From assembly GCA_000004985.1 (NCBI GenBank), contig GG738934.1: a stretch of DNA of 64,000 nucleotides. One strand, given 5' to 3'. Below the pieces are notes generated by a model. It saw nothing but the letters and a program-made list of their open reading frames with translations, searched no databases and was not told where the DNA came from. Positions 1 through 11,965 of the stretch are shown in pieces. The DNA comes from Naegleria gruberi. Lineage: Eukaryota. Numbering within the stretch: position 1 is the first letter of the stretch; every line of letters begins with the position of its first letter. The translations under genes and the position numbers were made by a program.

Positions 1-332
1 NNNNNNNNNNNNNNNNNNNNNNNNNNNNNNNNNNNNNNNNNNNNNNNNNNNNNNNNNNNNNNNNNNNNNNNNNNNNNNNNNNNNNNNNNNNNNNNNNNNN
101 NNNNNNNNNNNNNNNNNNNNNNNNNNNNNNNNNNNNNNNNNNNNNNNNNNNNNNNNNNNNNNNNNNNNNNNNNNNNNNNNNNNNNNNNNNNNNNNNNNNN
201 NNNNNNNNNNNNNNNNNNNNNNNNNNNNNNNNNNNNNNNNNNNNNNNNNNNNNNNNNNNNNNNNNNNNNNNNNNNNNNNNNNNNNNNNNNNNNNNNNNNN
301 NNNNNNNNNNNNNNNNNNNNNNNNNNNNNNNN
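1..332. other. Assembly gap (N run) at window start
   Basis: 332 consecutive N characters; sequence begins at 333. Confidence 0.99.
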
Positions 333-1198
333 ATTTGCATAAGATGCATACTGAAGTGATGGTTGTAGAATGGATCTCCCAAAATAATACTCGAAATCTT
401 GAATTTTGTTGTGAAACTGCCACCAACTGAATTTTCCTTAATGAAATATGGAATCATCTTGGCAGAATATCCAGGAGTATAGAAATTCAAAGTACTTCCC
501 TTCTTATCTGGTGATAAATGAGGGAAAAGAGTAAAGAATCCAATGAGTGCATCTTGTAAATCCTTAACTACATATTTGGTGGCACCTGGAAACACTGTTT
601 TTAATCTCAAACTATTTCCAGGAAACATTAATTTACCATATGATTCAAAATTCGAAACTTCAGTCGAAAATTGACTTAATCCAGTTCCCAAAGGTGAATC
701 AATGTACAAAACATGAGCAAATTGATGAAATGATTTTGAATTGAGCGTCAAAACTTGATTTGCATCGATTTGAAAAACTCCATTTTCCTATTTTCATAAT
801 TTATCGTTACAAAAATATTAAAATAATAAATTAATCAAATTATAGTTCGGAAAAGACCAGTTTCGAATAAAAACTTTTCTAATCAAAATACTTACCAAGA
901 ATAACATTTCAGCAAAATAACAAGCTGGTCCACGATTCAACATGACTAATAAATCCTTTCTTTCATCATTTATATTCGAATTAGTTTTTGGAAAGTACCA
1001 ATAGAATAATCTATCTTTTCCACTTCGGATAGGTAGATTTCCAGCATAGGATTTTGGTAGTGGATTAGTATCGGTGGGAGTAAACTTGGGAATGGATGTA
1101 ATTTCGTTTAGTGTTGGTTTAGAATACTTTTCATCGGCCGCATGTATAAACGAAATTGTGATGATGAATAAAAATACAAAAGCCACCAATCTAAACAT
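333..1198 (-). CDS. Serine carboxypeptidase (peptidase S10 family). 5' end and Met start are present (MFRLVAF.. signal peptide); the 3' part runs into the gap. At least one intron near 800-880.
   Basis: Minus-strand translation gives a signal peptide then ..SYAGNLPI..DRLFYWYFP.. (the classic YSGY/LFYWFFES block) and ..NRGPACY.. The next exon (RC of 333-790) reads ENGVFQIDANQVLTLNSKSFHQFAHVLYIDSPLGTGLSQ...NFYTPGYSAKMIPYF, which resembles the S10 ..VLFIDQPVGTGFS.. and GESYAG-region blocks. Confidence 0.8.
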
Positions 1199-1889
1199 TT
1201 TTTATGAATTGTTAATGTCAATTCCTTTCTCAATCTCCCATCATCAGCCAAATGTCTGATAATTAATTAAATAATAAACAGTAAGTACTAATAGAGACTT
1301 TCTATTTATTTAACCTCAACAATTAATTATCAAATCATTGAATAATGCTCGATCATTTGCATTCCTAACAATTATATTTCCTTGGCTGAATGAAATGGTC
1401 TTTCGCGTATTTTTGCCAATTCTCCCACCAAAGAAAATCTACAGTTGAATTTATTAATGTAAAATATAGAATTTTAAGAAATATTCAAAATATTGAACTT
1501 TACAACTTCACCTTCTTCAACACCCCAAACAAATCGCAATCTCTTCCATCAAACTTTCACAAATAATTATTACAAAAAAAAAATGTCATTCCAACCACGA
1601 ACAATTTAATTTCCAAATAATAGGGATATTTCAAGTAAGTTTTGTTTGAGATTATTTGATAATTAACCTTCAAAAGAATTGGAATTGACCAAGCTGGTAT
1701 TGGCAGACAAACTCATGCCGCACTACCACAACTCTAATACTCGCTCAATAAAATACAATTACAAAATGGATATTGAGTTTAACGACATGATTTTTCGAGT
1801 ACAGGTAGTAATAAAAGTTGAGTTTTAAATAAAGTTGAAAAAGAGAAAATGAAAGTTGAAATGCAAAATAATAATAAGTAATTCTGAAT

Positions 1890-1957
1890 GCGTCGACCGG
1901 GAATTGAACCCGGGTCACGGCGATGGCAACGTATTCTACCACTAAACCATCGACGCT
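1890..1957 (-). tRNA. tRNA-Gly(GCC)-like, copy 1. It has an apparent 3-nt deletion in the 5' half of the anticodon stem and is 68 nt long, not 71.
   Basis: Reverse complement reads GCGTCGA TG GTTT AGTGGTA GAAT A CG TTGCCAT CGCCG TGACC CGGGT TCAATTC CCGGG TCGACGC. The acceptor, D and T arms are canonical and the anticodon loop is TTGCCAT (GCC). The 5' anticodon stem is reduced to CG where copy 2 has CGGCG. Confidence 0.6.
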
Positions 1958-2295
1958 TCTTATTAAGATATTAAGGCTTTAAAATTTTACTTATTGAAAC
2001 CACTAAAATTCTCTTTTCTACTGACTGTCTCAAAAATACTTTGTATTTTACTTTCTCAACAACTAGAGAAGGAGACTTCAATTTCAATCCAATAGTGACA
2101 GACAATGTAATGCCACATATCATATTTTATAACTACATCTTGGGAATTGTTATCTTGCTGTTCCATTTTTACAATTCCTTACAAAATCTCAGATAATTTA
2201 AGGGTCCAAAAATATCCTCCACCGTAAACCCCACATTACAGGAGCGCGATATATGTAACATTTCAGAGACCAAATATCAAAACTAATAAGAAAAA

Positions 2296-3882
2296 ATGTT
2301 ATCAAATCATCGATGCATCTCTTCATCAGCTTTACAGCTCTTGATTCTTGTTTGCGCCGCTGGTATTTTCATCCTTAATATTTTTGAAGATCAGCGTTAT
2401 CAATATGAAGTTGGTGTTCAAGGATTTGATGAAGGATTTTTATTTGTTAAGGGTCATGGTGTAAATCAACTGAGAGCCTTACCTAATTTTCTGGCAAAAT
2501 TGAATCAACAAATAGGAAAGATGGAGAAGAGATGTTTTATTAACATGAGAGGTGTTGAATGTTCTCCAAATAATGTCAGATCATTGTTGGCAAGAAATAT
2601 GACTAGAGGTATGATGGATAATTTGATTGTGGCTGGTGTTGGATATAGTAGGGATGATCACTCAATTAAACCACAAATATTAAAATCAGCTCCTGCAAGT
2701 GGTGCTTCTGGTGAATTGACATTTACAAAAACAATGAAAACTGCTTACGAATACTTTTCAATGATTCATCCAAGTGATGGTCAATCTGTATTTAATGGAT
2801 TGTATAGTCATTCTGATATGGGAATTGATTTGATATTTTCAAAGTATTTCGAAGGTGATTTGTTTATTGTAGATGCCCAAAAACAAATCTTTACACATAC
2901 TGTTCAATCGCTTGGTCTTCAAGTTACAGATGAATTCCAACAAATTATTGACATTTTGCCTGATCAAATGGATTGGGATTTATACATGCAAGTTATCAAT
3001 TCATTTGGTGATTCAATTGCAACTAGTATCAAGTATGGAGGTGTTGTTGATATGACTGCCTCAGTTAGATCTTGTTACAATGATCCACAAATGTTACAAT
3101 ACCTCTCTCAGGAATTACAATTTACAATTGATGGATCATCAGATGTTTCCAAACTTCCAAATGGTTACATTAGATATCACAAAGTTTCACAAGTGGACAT
3201 TGTTGGTGGAAACCCTCAAATATCCAATATTCGTCAAAGAACTGCAACTTTTGCTGCAAATCCAGTCCCTGTCACATTTGACACAATTCCAATCTGGAGA
3301 GCTTTCCCAAATGGAGTTAAACAAGCAAATATGAAGAAAGTTTATGAAAGTTACATGCAAACAAGATCAAGAGATGTTCAAAACTTGATCAACTCCTTCA
3401 ATGCCAAGAGAGAAGCAGAAGCCAACAGTCCTCAAACTTTCACAGCTTACAAACTTGATTTACGTACTAATCAATTACAAAAGTTTGGAACCCCAATCAG
3501 TCTTTCAAGAGGGCTATCAGGAAGTATTACTGATGATACTATTTTTGTTGGAGTCTATATCAATAGCATGTATGAACCATCATTTGTTGTTGGATTGCAA
3601 CCTGTCATTCACAGAAATGCAGACGACACTTTCTATTTTGATTTCAATCGTGGCAACTGTCCAGTAGGTGCTACTACTTGTAAGATTAATCCTGGAACAA
3701 ATACTGGACCAGCAAGTCAAATCTCTGCAATCTCAACAACTGGAAAGAACCAATGTATTGGATTAGTATTCAAAAATACTGCACAAACAAGATATTCATC
3801 ACCATATATGTATGTTTGTTCTGGTTGCATGCCAGTTGTTAATGGAAAGGATATTAGCTGTGGTTGCCCTTATGTTCAATAA
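2296..3882 (+). CDS. Secreted or type II membrane protein with a MACPF (perforin-like) signature. Hypothetical. Single exon.
   Basis: The 528-aa ORF has an N-terminal hydrophobic anchor (LQLLILVCAAGIFILNIF). Its central motif FGDSIATSIKYGGVVDM fits the MACPF signature [YF]-G-[TS]-H-x7-GG with H replaced by S. The C-terminus is Cys-rich. No search was run. Confidence 0.55.
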   Translation: MLSNHRCISSSALQLLILVCAAGIFILNIFEDQRYQYEVGVQGFDEGFLFVKGHGVNQLRALPNFLAKLNQQIGKMEKRCFINMRGVECSPNNVRSLLARNMTRGMMDNLIVAGVGYSRDDHSIKPQILKSAPASGASGELTFTKTMKTAYEYFSMIHPSDGQSVFNGLYSHSDMGIDLIFSKYFEGDLFIVDAQKQIFTHTVQSLGLQVTDEFQQIIDILPDQMDWDLYMQVINSFGDSIATSIKYGGVVDMTASVRSCYNDPQMLQYLSQELQFTIDGSSDVSKLPNGYIRYHKVSQVDIVGGNPQISNIRQRTATFAANPVPVTFDTIPIWRAFPNGVKQANMKKVYESYMQTRSRDVQNLINSFNAKREAEANSPQTFTAYKLDLRTNQLQKFGTPISLSRGLSGSITDDTIFVGVYINSMYEPSFVVGLQPVIHRNADDTFYFDFNRGNCPVGATTCKINPGTNTGPASQISAISTTGKNQCIGLVFKNTAQTRYSSPYMYVCSGCMPVVNGKDISCGCPYVQ

Positions 3883-4235
3883 GTAATCCAAACAAATATT
3901 GTATTTGTAAACAAATGTTTCCAGTTTCAGTATCTTAATAAAAACTATTTTGACCTTTGGGGTTTCAATACGAGATTGGTTCCTGTTCACCTGTCAAATT
4001 GCTTGCAAACGGCCAAAGGACAACTTTCATCTCAAAAAATTTTCATTTAATTTATCCTAATCTTTAACAACCAGTAACTAAGTGGTATCCACAGATGACT
4101 GGAGATTTTAAATCAAAGCGTTCTGGATGAATGGTAATGAGTTCGGTAAAGGAGCAAAATATTTGGCTGAACTGGAACATTGATGTTTAGTATATTATCT
4201 TGATCAAGTTTTGGGACTCATTCAATAAAAAAACC

Positions 4236-7200
4236 TCATTTCTTGAACGACTTTCTTGCATGATAACCTCTATATCTCTTTTGAACCATAGTGGCAGAGT
4301 GGTTTTGAAGTAAACCTCTCAATGTTTCTACAATTTCCTTAACTGGTCTTCTCTTGGTATGATCTGTTTCGAGGCAATTCTTGAAAACCTCAAAGAGTCC
4401 CATAGCATGTGGATTGTACTTTTTTCTGTGGAAGTGAATGTTATTCTTGTTATGTTGATCCCAAACCTCTTCAAAACTTGTTGGAGCTCCTTGCTTACTC
4501 TTCAAGCTCACCTTCTTTTTTACCAACACTTCAAACATGGAACATGCTGCACTGTACAAATCACTGGCGAGAACTGCTGGTTGACCTTCTTCTTGTTCAA
4601 CAGGAAGATAGTGGAGTGTTCCACCGGCTACAGTATCCTTCTCCTTAACAGTGAATCCAAAATCTCCCAATTTGAGAGTTCCATCTTTTGCAAGGAAGAT
4701 ATTTTGAGGTTTCTAATTTTGCAATTAATTTTTCAAATGATAAAATGAGAAAACTTACAATATCACTGTGAACAAAGCCATATTCATGAATATGGGCAAT
4801 GGCTTCAAACAATTGAAGAGTAAACTTGAGCATTCTTAAAGGTCTCATTGGTTTTGGTTTTCCAGTTGTAAAGCTCATACTCAGCTTGTACAAGTCTCCA
4901 AAAGTACAATATTCCATAATTACAATATTACTCTTAACGGATTTTCCATCAGTTGTTTCAGTATATGAAAAATTATCAACAAATTGAACAATATTCTTGT
5001 GAGAGAAGAGTTTCAGACACTTGACTTCTCTTAAATAATCACTTTCTACACCCTCTCTAAAACGTTTCATTACATGAACATCACCAGTGTCCTTGTCTTT
5101 AACTTGAAGAATAATTGCTGAGGCGCCATCACTCAATCGCTTTTGAACAATATATTTTTCCTTCTTTTGGAGGGAATCATCAAGTTGTGCTACCTCTGTT
5201 TCAAGAATAACTGGCTTGTCTTGGGTGATTGGAGTAAATAATGGAGTACTAGTTGGTTCACATGCTTCTGCTTTAGCCTTAGAACCTCCAAAAATTCTTG
5301 ACAAGAAACTGAAAATGGAAAGCAAATCTCTCCAACTAAATGAAAAGGAAGATTTTGATTTCGATTTCCTTTCTTGTGTTTCAATTTCCTCTAAAAACTT
5401 TTCACTCCTTAATTCACGGGTCTGGTCTAACTTTGCAGATTGTTGAGCCAATCTATCAATACCTCTATCCATACCTCCACCATACGAATCATCATTATCA
5501 TCGTATAGTATTTTAGGGCTTGAGTGAGAAGTTTTTCTACTAGGTGCACTACTTAATGATTTATCCATGTTCATCTGTGGCTTCTCTTCCTTTCGTGCTT
5601 GTTTCTTCTTTTTGAGTTTTTCTAATTGCTTTTTTCTTTCTTCCTCTTCATTAATCTCTTCCTCAATTTGATCCTTCTTTGCTTTTAGTTCATTGTTTTC
5701 CTCGACAGCTCTTCTTCTTGACCCTCCGTATATGTTCTTGGACCTTTTCTGCCTTTGATATTCTTCTTGTCTATTCCTTTCTTCATTGATTGCTTCTCCT
5801 TCTTTCATTTCTTCTTTCAAATCAGATTTTGGTACAGAAGACTCAAATGCTATCATATTGGCTGTTACCATAGTTGGTTTTGGAGAATACGGTTGGAACG
5901 AACTGCTTGTAGCAGCACTGGTAGTAAATGATACTGCACCAGTAGGAGTTGAAAGCTTGTTAGATGTAGTCCTAGATAACATATCGTATTCTTGTGTTGA
6001 GCTTGATGAACTGCTTTGTTTAGAATCAGATTTTTTAGAAATCTGTTTTACCTTATCAGATGAAACATTTCTTGTTAGAGAAGGTGTTGGTGGTGCCATG
6101 CTAACTACGCTTCCTCTAGATGGTGGTGGAGGAGGACCTTCTTTTGAGTTGATAACAAGCGATTGAGATGGAATCTCTGACTGAAGTGAAGGTGGATAAA
6201 CAGAACCTGGAAGTTCACCCATAGAACTTTCCTTAGCTTGCATGTTTTGTAGAGGAATATCTTGTTCTTCCTCCTCATCAAAATCGGCATAGATTTCATT
6301 TTCCATCTCCAAGTCATCTTCATCAGATTCGTCCATGGATCTAATAATTGCCAATTCGTCTTGTTGTTGGCCAAAAGATAGTGACGAACTTCGTTGAAGA
6401 GTACTGGCTCCATATGATTGTACCACCAAGGGTGTTAAAATTCCAACAATTTCATCAATGGTTGGTCGAGAATCTTCACTTGGCGAAACACATCTACATG
6501 CCAAATCTGTTAAAATTTCAATTTTGGTTCCTGTTGCAATCTTTCCAAAGCGAGCAATAATTGTCTTTTTGAAATCACCAATTTCTGAATCCCAATAGTC
6601 AGAATCAATTTGTTTGGCATCAAATTCTTCCCCTAATAAAATACGCATGAATAATGTGCCAAGCATGAAAACATCGTTTTGAGTTGTGAAAACTTCCTCA
6701 ACACCTTCCTCAAATCTAGAATATACTTGAGGTGAAAAGTAAGACATGTGATCGTCATTCACTCCATCTACATTATTATCCAATCCAAATGAAGGAACTG
6801 TGGTGAGAAATTCAAAACCTCCCTCAGTATGAAACATGGTAATATTTCTAGGGAGAATAGAGTTGTGAGTGAGCCCTTTAGCATGTAATTCTGACAACCC
6901 ACTAGCCAAATCACTAAATAATTTCACAATACAATTCAAGTCACTGAATAACAGTTCCGAACCACTTTCTAAAAGTTCTTCAACTGATTTGACATTATTC
7001 AGTGTTGATAAACCTCTATTATACTTGAACAGGTACCAATTTTGAATGAGATCAATGGCACGACTGTGTGACTCATTGACTTCTTCAACAAATGGTAACG
7101 AGGCCAGATAGAGAGTTCTTGTCATGCCACCATCCGACTGTCTCTCATAATATCCCATCAATGGAATGTTATGATTGAACTTTTCCGAGTGTTTTGTATA

Positions 7201-7518
7201 GGTATCTACTCGTTTCCTCCACCTCTCATTGGATGAATCATTGACAGATATTACTTGCATGGAAATTAATGATCTCGTCTCTAAAACCTTCCCTGTTTGT
7301 TCTTCCCTACTTTGTATGAATTTGAGGGTGTTCATCATTCGAGACAAATCCAATGATTTGATATCCTGTGATCCGATTTGAAATTTATAGATAAATAATT
7401 GATTAGGAGAAGTTGATTGATTGAACATTTGTGGTTCCTTCAGCAGGGAATCAAACTGTGAAGCAGAAAGACAAGTTACTCCCTTTCCGAGCATTGATGA
7501 TCGTAATGATGCCAACAT
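4236..7518 (-). CDS. Ser/Thr protein kinase with an N-terminal pseudokinase-like domain, a long Ser/Glu/Lys-rich linker and a C-terminal active kinase domain. Two exons: 7518..4760 and 4712..4236. Intron 4713..4759, GTAAGT..TTAG.
   Basis: C-terminal domain: ..VHVMKRF..(VAIK Lys), HSDI|KPQNIFL (HRD-type catalytic loop split by the intron), LGDFGF (DFG). N-terminal domain: ..THNSILPRNITMF.. (catalytic Asp and Lys replaced), ..PSFGL (DFG Asp replaced), DVFMLGTL, ending ..RPTIDEI. Confidence 0.85.
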
Positions 7519-7940
7519 GTTGTTTAATTATGTACAAAAATATTGTTGTTTGGATGATCCGATATCGATCTCGATAGAATCTTCGTTAAAACTGTTTCTT
7601 GCTGATAGAGTTTGATGATGAAGAGAGATACTCTTATCGGGTGGTGATGATTTTGGCAGAGAGAAGATCCGTTGATAATTTTTTAAAAATATGAAGGAAC
7701 GAGTTCATTGTGTAATGCATAAGGTGAATGGGTTTTATGAGGAACATTTAAGAACTCCTTTATCCTTATGAAAACAATGAAAACTGATAGGGCATGGTAA
7801 CGTTGTTTGCTTATTGATAATTTGTGTAACGGTAATTTTTTCAAAAAATCAACAAATAAAAAATCATCACACGGCTTGTCGATACATTTTATCATTTTCT
7901 TTTTCTATTCTTCAGGTAGCTTGTTGTGGCATATGATTTA

Positions 7941-8750
7941 TTAAAGGAAGGAAATTTTGGACTCCAATTCTTCTGGTGTTGATTCTCTGCCCAAGATTGG
8001 ATTTCTGAAGGGGAATCTACCAAACTTTTCAATTAAGTCATGATGCATACGAGCATACTTGACAAAGTATTGGAAAAAGCCTTTTAAATCTTCAGGAGCC
8101 TCCTCTACCAACAATTCATACTCTTGAATACATTGTTCTTGGTTCATCAAATTCTCAGAATGTTCTAATGGTAACAAGAGGAAAATCTTCTCAAAAGTCT
8201 TGAAGGAATTATACAACTGTCTATCCGAGAGAATTCTCTTACTGATTGCCAAAGCATACATATCAAAGGAGTAACTCTCTGCCAATCCTCTGTACATATT
8301 TCTAGAGAATTGATCAAACAAAATGATCAAACTAATCATTCCCTTCGGAGAGGAGAACCATTCTGATGATTTTGTTAACTCTGCAAATACTTCCTCATTG
8401 AAAGTTGTTGATGAATTATCTTGAATTGTTGTCAACAACTTCTTGGCCATTTCTCTGCCCGAAATAGCCAAACTTTCATATTGCTCTTTAATATCAGAAT
8501 CAAGTTGTTTCTTCTGTTCGGGATCTTTTCCTGCTGAGAACCACACAGACATTGATTCTTTAATTCCATCAATTCTAACACGATGTTCATAGGCAGTAAT
8601 CTTGCCAAACCAGAAGGAGTAGACTCTTTCAATGTCTTCTGATGGTGATGATGCAATATGTTGAGACATTTTCTTTTGATTGTGGTTGTTGCAAGCTTGA
8701 TAAAGATTCTTTATCTCATCAAACAATAGAAAATCTATGCGTATTAACAC
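7941..8750 (-). CDS. DUF924-family protein (conserved protein of unknown function).
   Basis: C-terminal ..EKFGRFPFRNPILGRESTPEE.. matches the DUF924 hallmark (RFPHRNAILGRxSTxEE). Upstream helical region ..WFGK..; single ORF. The likely start is the internal MSQHIASS. Confidence 0.7.
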   Translation of the reverse strand: MLIRIDFLLFDEIKNLYQACNNHNQKKMSQHIASSPSEDIERVYSFWFGKITAYEHRVRIDGIKESMSVWFSAGKDPEQKKQLDSDIKEQYESLAISGREMAKKLLTTIQDNSSTTFNEEVFAELTKSSEWFSSPKGMISLIILFDQFSRNMYRGLAESYSFDMYALAISKRILSDRQLYNSFKTFEKIFLLLPLEHSENLMNQEQCIQEYELLVEEAPEDLKGFFQYFVKYARMHHDLIEKFGRFPFRNPILGRESTPEELESKISFL

Positions 8751-8989
8751 CGCATTTAGTCCGTGGTTAAACTTGACCTAAATGCATGATGATTTGAGAA
8801 AGGGCAGAAACTCTTTGTTTCTCCATCGATTCCTGAATAGCAACAGAACTTGAATTCTAAGGGATCATTCCTTAAATTGAACCCACTTGATTATTTATTC
8901 TACTCTCGGTTGTAAGTCACTGGTAATATATAATTCCAATAATATAATTTTGTAATATATTTTACAATAATTCATTGAAAGTAGATGAT

Positions 8990-9478
8990 TTACCAATCTC
9001 CTTCTGAGTGGAATACCAGGAAAAATATCCCACCAATGCCGTATGCATTAATTTCATATTCAAAACCTCCAAGATGACATTCGTACAATTCATGATATCT
9101 GAAAGCTTGTAATCTTCCAACCTTTTCACATAATTTCTCTAATTTCTTCATCATTGGCTTATGTTCTTCCGGATAACTAAGTGCTTCACGATCACTCATT
9201 GGTTTACCCTTGTCCATTCCTTTCATCAATGCAATTGTTTCAGTATTCAAAAGTTGTGGAACTTGATGATGGGGATGACAATAAACTCGAGTCTCATGTT
9301 TTGATTTGTAATCAACTGTTCGATAGTACGGATTCATCCGTTGAATACTCCACAGATAATTAAATAATTCATTGATTCGTATGGTGTGTAGTCGATGGGC
9401 TTGTTGTTGTCGGAATTTTGCAATCAAAAGTGGAGAAGATTGTAAATCGTTGAAAATCAAAACAACACACGATGACAT
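8990..9478 (-). CDS. Hypothetical 162-aa protein (His/Cys motifs CHPHHQ..YECH). Function unknown.
   Basis: Uninterrupted ORF with plausible codon usage, flanked by AT-rich intergenic DNA. No family recognised. Confidence 0.5.
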   Translation of the reverse strand: MSSCVVLIFNDLQSSPLLIAKFRQQQAHRLHTIRINELFNYLWSIQRMNPYYRTVDYKSKHETRVYCHPHHQVPQLLNTETIALMKGMDKGKPMSDREALSYPEEHKPMMKKLEKLCEKVGRLQAFRYHELYECHLGGFEYEINAYGIGGIFFLVFHSEGDW

Positions 9479-9793
9479 TTTTTAAAGATTTGTAACATTT
9501 TACAATTTATTATGAAACTAGAATGGGCAATTTCAATATTCACCTCATCATTTTACTTTAATATTGAGAAATTTGTTATTCTTTCAAAAATCATCACATG
9601 AAATTTACAACAAAATGTCACATTAGACCAACTGAACTATTTATGGCTCTCATTTCATTACACTCTTAGAGTTTTCACTGTGTAGCTTCATTATCAACAA
9701 ACATGAACCTCAAACAAGTTGACTTCCTTTCTGATGCCAGCTATCAAAGTCAATTGCCAAAATTAAATTGTTGCCCATAAGAAAAAAATTATC

Positions 9794-11100
9794 ATGACTG
9801 ACGAATATGCCAACCTCTCAGTGTCCACCACCACCACTTCGGAACCACACGACCTCCACTCTAAAACAACCTCCACAAGTCCCATGTCACCATCATCTTC
9901 ACCTCATTCTCCCTCTGTTGTGGTCACTAGACATTCCTTCCAATCCTATCATCAACTTGTAAAATCATTCTTCACAAGAGGAAGTGATAGGGAACAATTG
10001 CTGAATCCATTCGATGTTACTCTCTTTCATAAATCATCTCTGGGTAAATTAATGTTAATTTCCGACTATTCGAATCATAGAGTAATGATTTGCAAGGCAG
10101 AGGATGGAGCTTTTGTGAGTGAGATTCATGTGAAACATCCACATGGAATTTGTGTGGATGAAGTTAAAGGAGAGTTGTTGGCCACCGACTGTAACGATCA
10201 TCTCATCAAGGTTTTCAGAATTGAAACTGGACAATATGTGAGAAATATTGGAAAGGGTTGTGGAACACAAAATGGTCAATTTAATGCACCATCTGCAATT
10301 TGTTTAGATTTAAAGAATGATTGCATGTTTGTTAGTGATTATGGAAATAATAGGTAAATTTTCATATTTTCCAAATCCGATTTAACATTTAATTTTATAT
10401 GAAATTTTATTTAACATTTAATTTATTAATTTGTTAACAACAATTAATGAATATTTAAAGAATTCAAAAGTTTAAATATTCAACAGGTGAATTTATTAAA
10501 AGTTTTGGAAATACTCCAAACAAACATGTAATTACCAATGAGGCAGTAATTGTCGAGGAGAATCAATCATTGAAGAATAAGGAAAGGACAATCTTGGACA
10601 AGCCATGGGGATTATCATTGGATAAAATTGAAGCTTCTGGAATAATTCATCATGTGCTCTACGTTTGCGATACAAAGAATAATTGCATTAGATTATTCGA
10701 TTCAACAAATGGAAACTTTATTGGAAATGCAATTTCAAATGCCAAGACTGTGACTAGTCATTTATCAAATGCCACACCATTTCTTAAAACTCCATACGCT
10801 GTCATTGTTGATGGCAATCGTTTATTGATTTCAGATAGTGGAAATCATTGTGTTAAAATTTTCACAAAGCCACGATTGACCATGGCCGATCCAAACACAT
10901 TGACCATCCTCAAAGAGGGTTACTATGTCGACAGTATTGGACGACATAATTACATCTACGAAGAGGTTCCATCCTTCATTCAAAATATTAAGGAATTTCC
11001 AATAGAATTTAGCCATAATGTAGGTATGGCTTTGGATTCCTTCAAAGGAGAATTATATGTGAGCGATTGTTCCAATCACAGAATTCAAATCATTAAATAA
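9794..11100 (+). CDS. NHL-repeat (six-bladed beta-propeller) protein. Two exons: 9794..10353 and 10461..11100. Intron 10354..10460, GTAAAT..AAAG, phase 2.
   Basis: Repeated NHL signatures: SDYSNHRVMICK, TDCNDHLIKVF, VSDYGNNR|IQKF (across the intron), SDSGNHCVKIF, VSDCSNHRIQIIK. The splice restores the NHL consensus (NNRIQKF..GEFIKSFGN). Confidence 0.85.
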
Positions 11101-11147
11101 TAATACTGTACTAGTACTATTACTATAAATAATATTATTTATTTCAA

Positions 11148-11675
11148 TTATTTCAAACTAATTGAGGCAACCACAGAGTTTGAATTACAGCACTCAGCTC
11201 CACACTCCTCATGACAATACGGAGTTGCAGAGGCAGTTGTAGCTTGCAATTGAGATTGGAAATTAATGGCCACTACACGATAATTAGTTTGGTTTCCATC
11301 CTTTTCAATATAACACAATGGATACATGGAAGGAACCAATGTTGAAACAGTGGCATGATCTCCAACCCATGAATCATCCAAAACTTTACAATTTCCACAA
11401 AAACTATTTCTCAAAATCTTGTAACTTCCAATTCTAAATTCATTACAATCAGTATAGGCTCTCTTCTCAGTCCTACTCAAATAATAAGTATTTGTCGTAT
11501 TATTAATATAGGGAAAGGTCAATTGAATAATTTTTCCACTAAATCCGTCCATGTCTCCATAATGATTAAAGATGAACTTATCTCCCAACACTAAAACAAC
11601 AACATTCAGACACAAAACAATCATCACAGTAAACAGGTTGAGATGAATTTTGTGGGTACTTCTTTGTGGAGACAT
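11148..11675 (-). CDS. Small secreted or membrane-anchored Cys-rich protein. Hypothetical.
   Basis: 175 aa with an N-terminal hydrophobic segment (LFTVMIVLCLNVVVLVLG), N-glycosylation sequons and a C-terminal CHEECGAECC cluster. Confidence 0.55.
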   Translation of the reverse strand: MSPQRSTHKIHLNLFTVMIVLCLNVVVLVLGDKFIFNHYGDMDGFSGKIIQLTFPYINNTTNTYYLSRTEKRAYTDCNEFRIGSYKILRNSFCGNCKVLDDSWVGDHATVSTLVPSMYPLCYIEKDGNQTNYRVVAINFQSQLQATTASATPYCHEECGAECCNSNSVVASISLK

Positions 11676-11965
11676 TTTTTTGAGGAGTTTTTAAAGATTT
11701 TGGTTGGTGGAAGATCAAGAGAAACGGAGCTTGTGAGGAAGTTAAGGAGTGTTACTGGATTGGTAACAGTTCAATGGTGAATTATTAAATTATTGAATGT
11801 GAAATTTTTGCAGGATGAGAAAAATTATTGTGGAATGGAAAGTAATGTATCATTGGTGTGGAAAGAACGAGATTTTGAAAAGAATGAAAAATAAACAATA
11901 TACCTTGTTGAACTGGTGATAAAAACCTGTCAAACATCAACGAATGACAAGAAGATTAAAAAAAA

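Noticed and set aside
1074-1259. 61-aa plus-strand ORF overlapping the carboxypeptidase 5' exon
   Set aside because: It is antisense to a well-supported coding exon, and short, hydrophobic and low-complexity. It is a chance ORF.
2873-6560. Numerous 60-130-aa ORFs nested in or antisense to large genes (for example 2873..3055, 3080..3334, 4359..4748, 5786..6166, 6105..6413)
   Set aside because: They lie within or opposite long ORFs that have recognisable domains. In AT-rich DNA such ORFs arise by chance and they carry no motifs.
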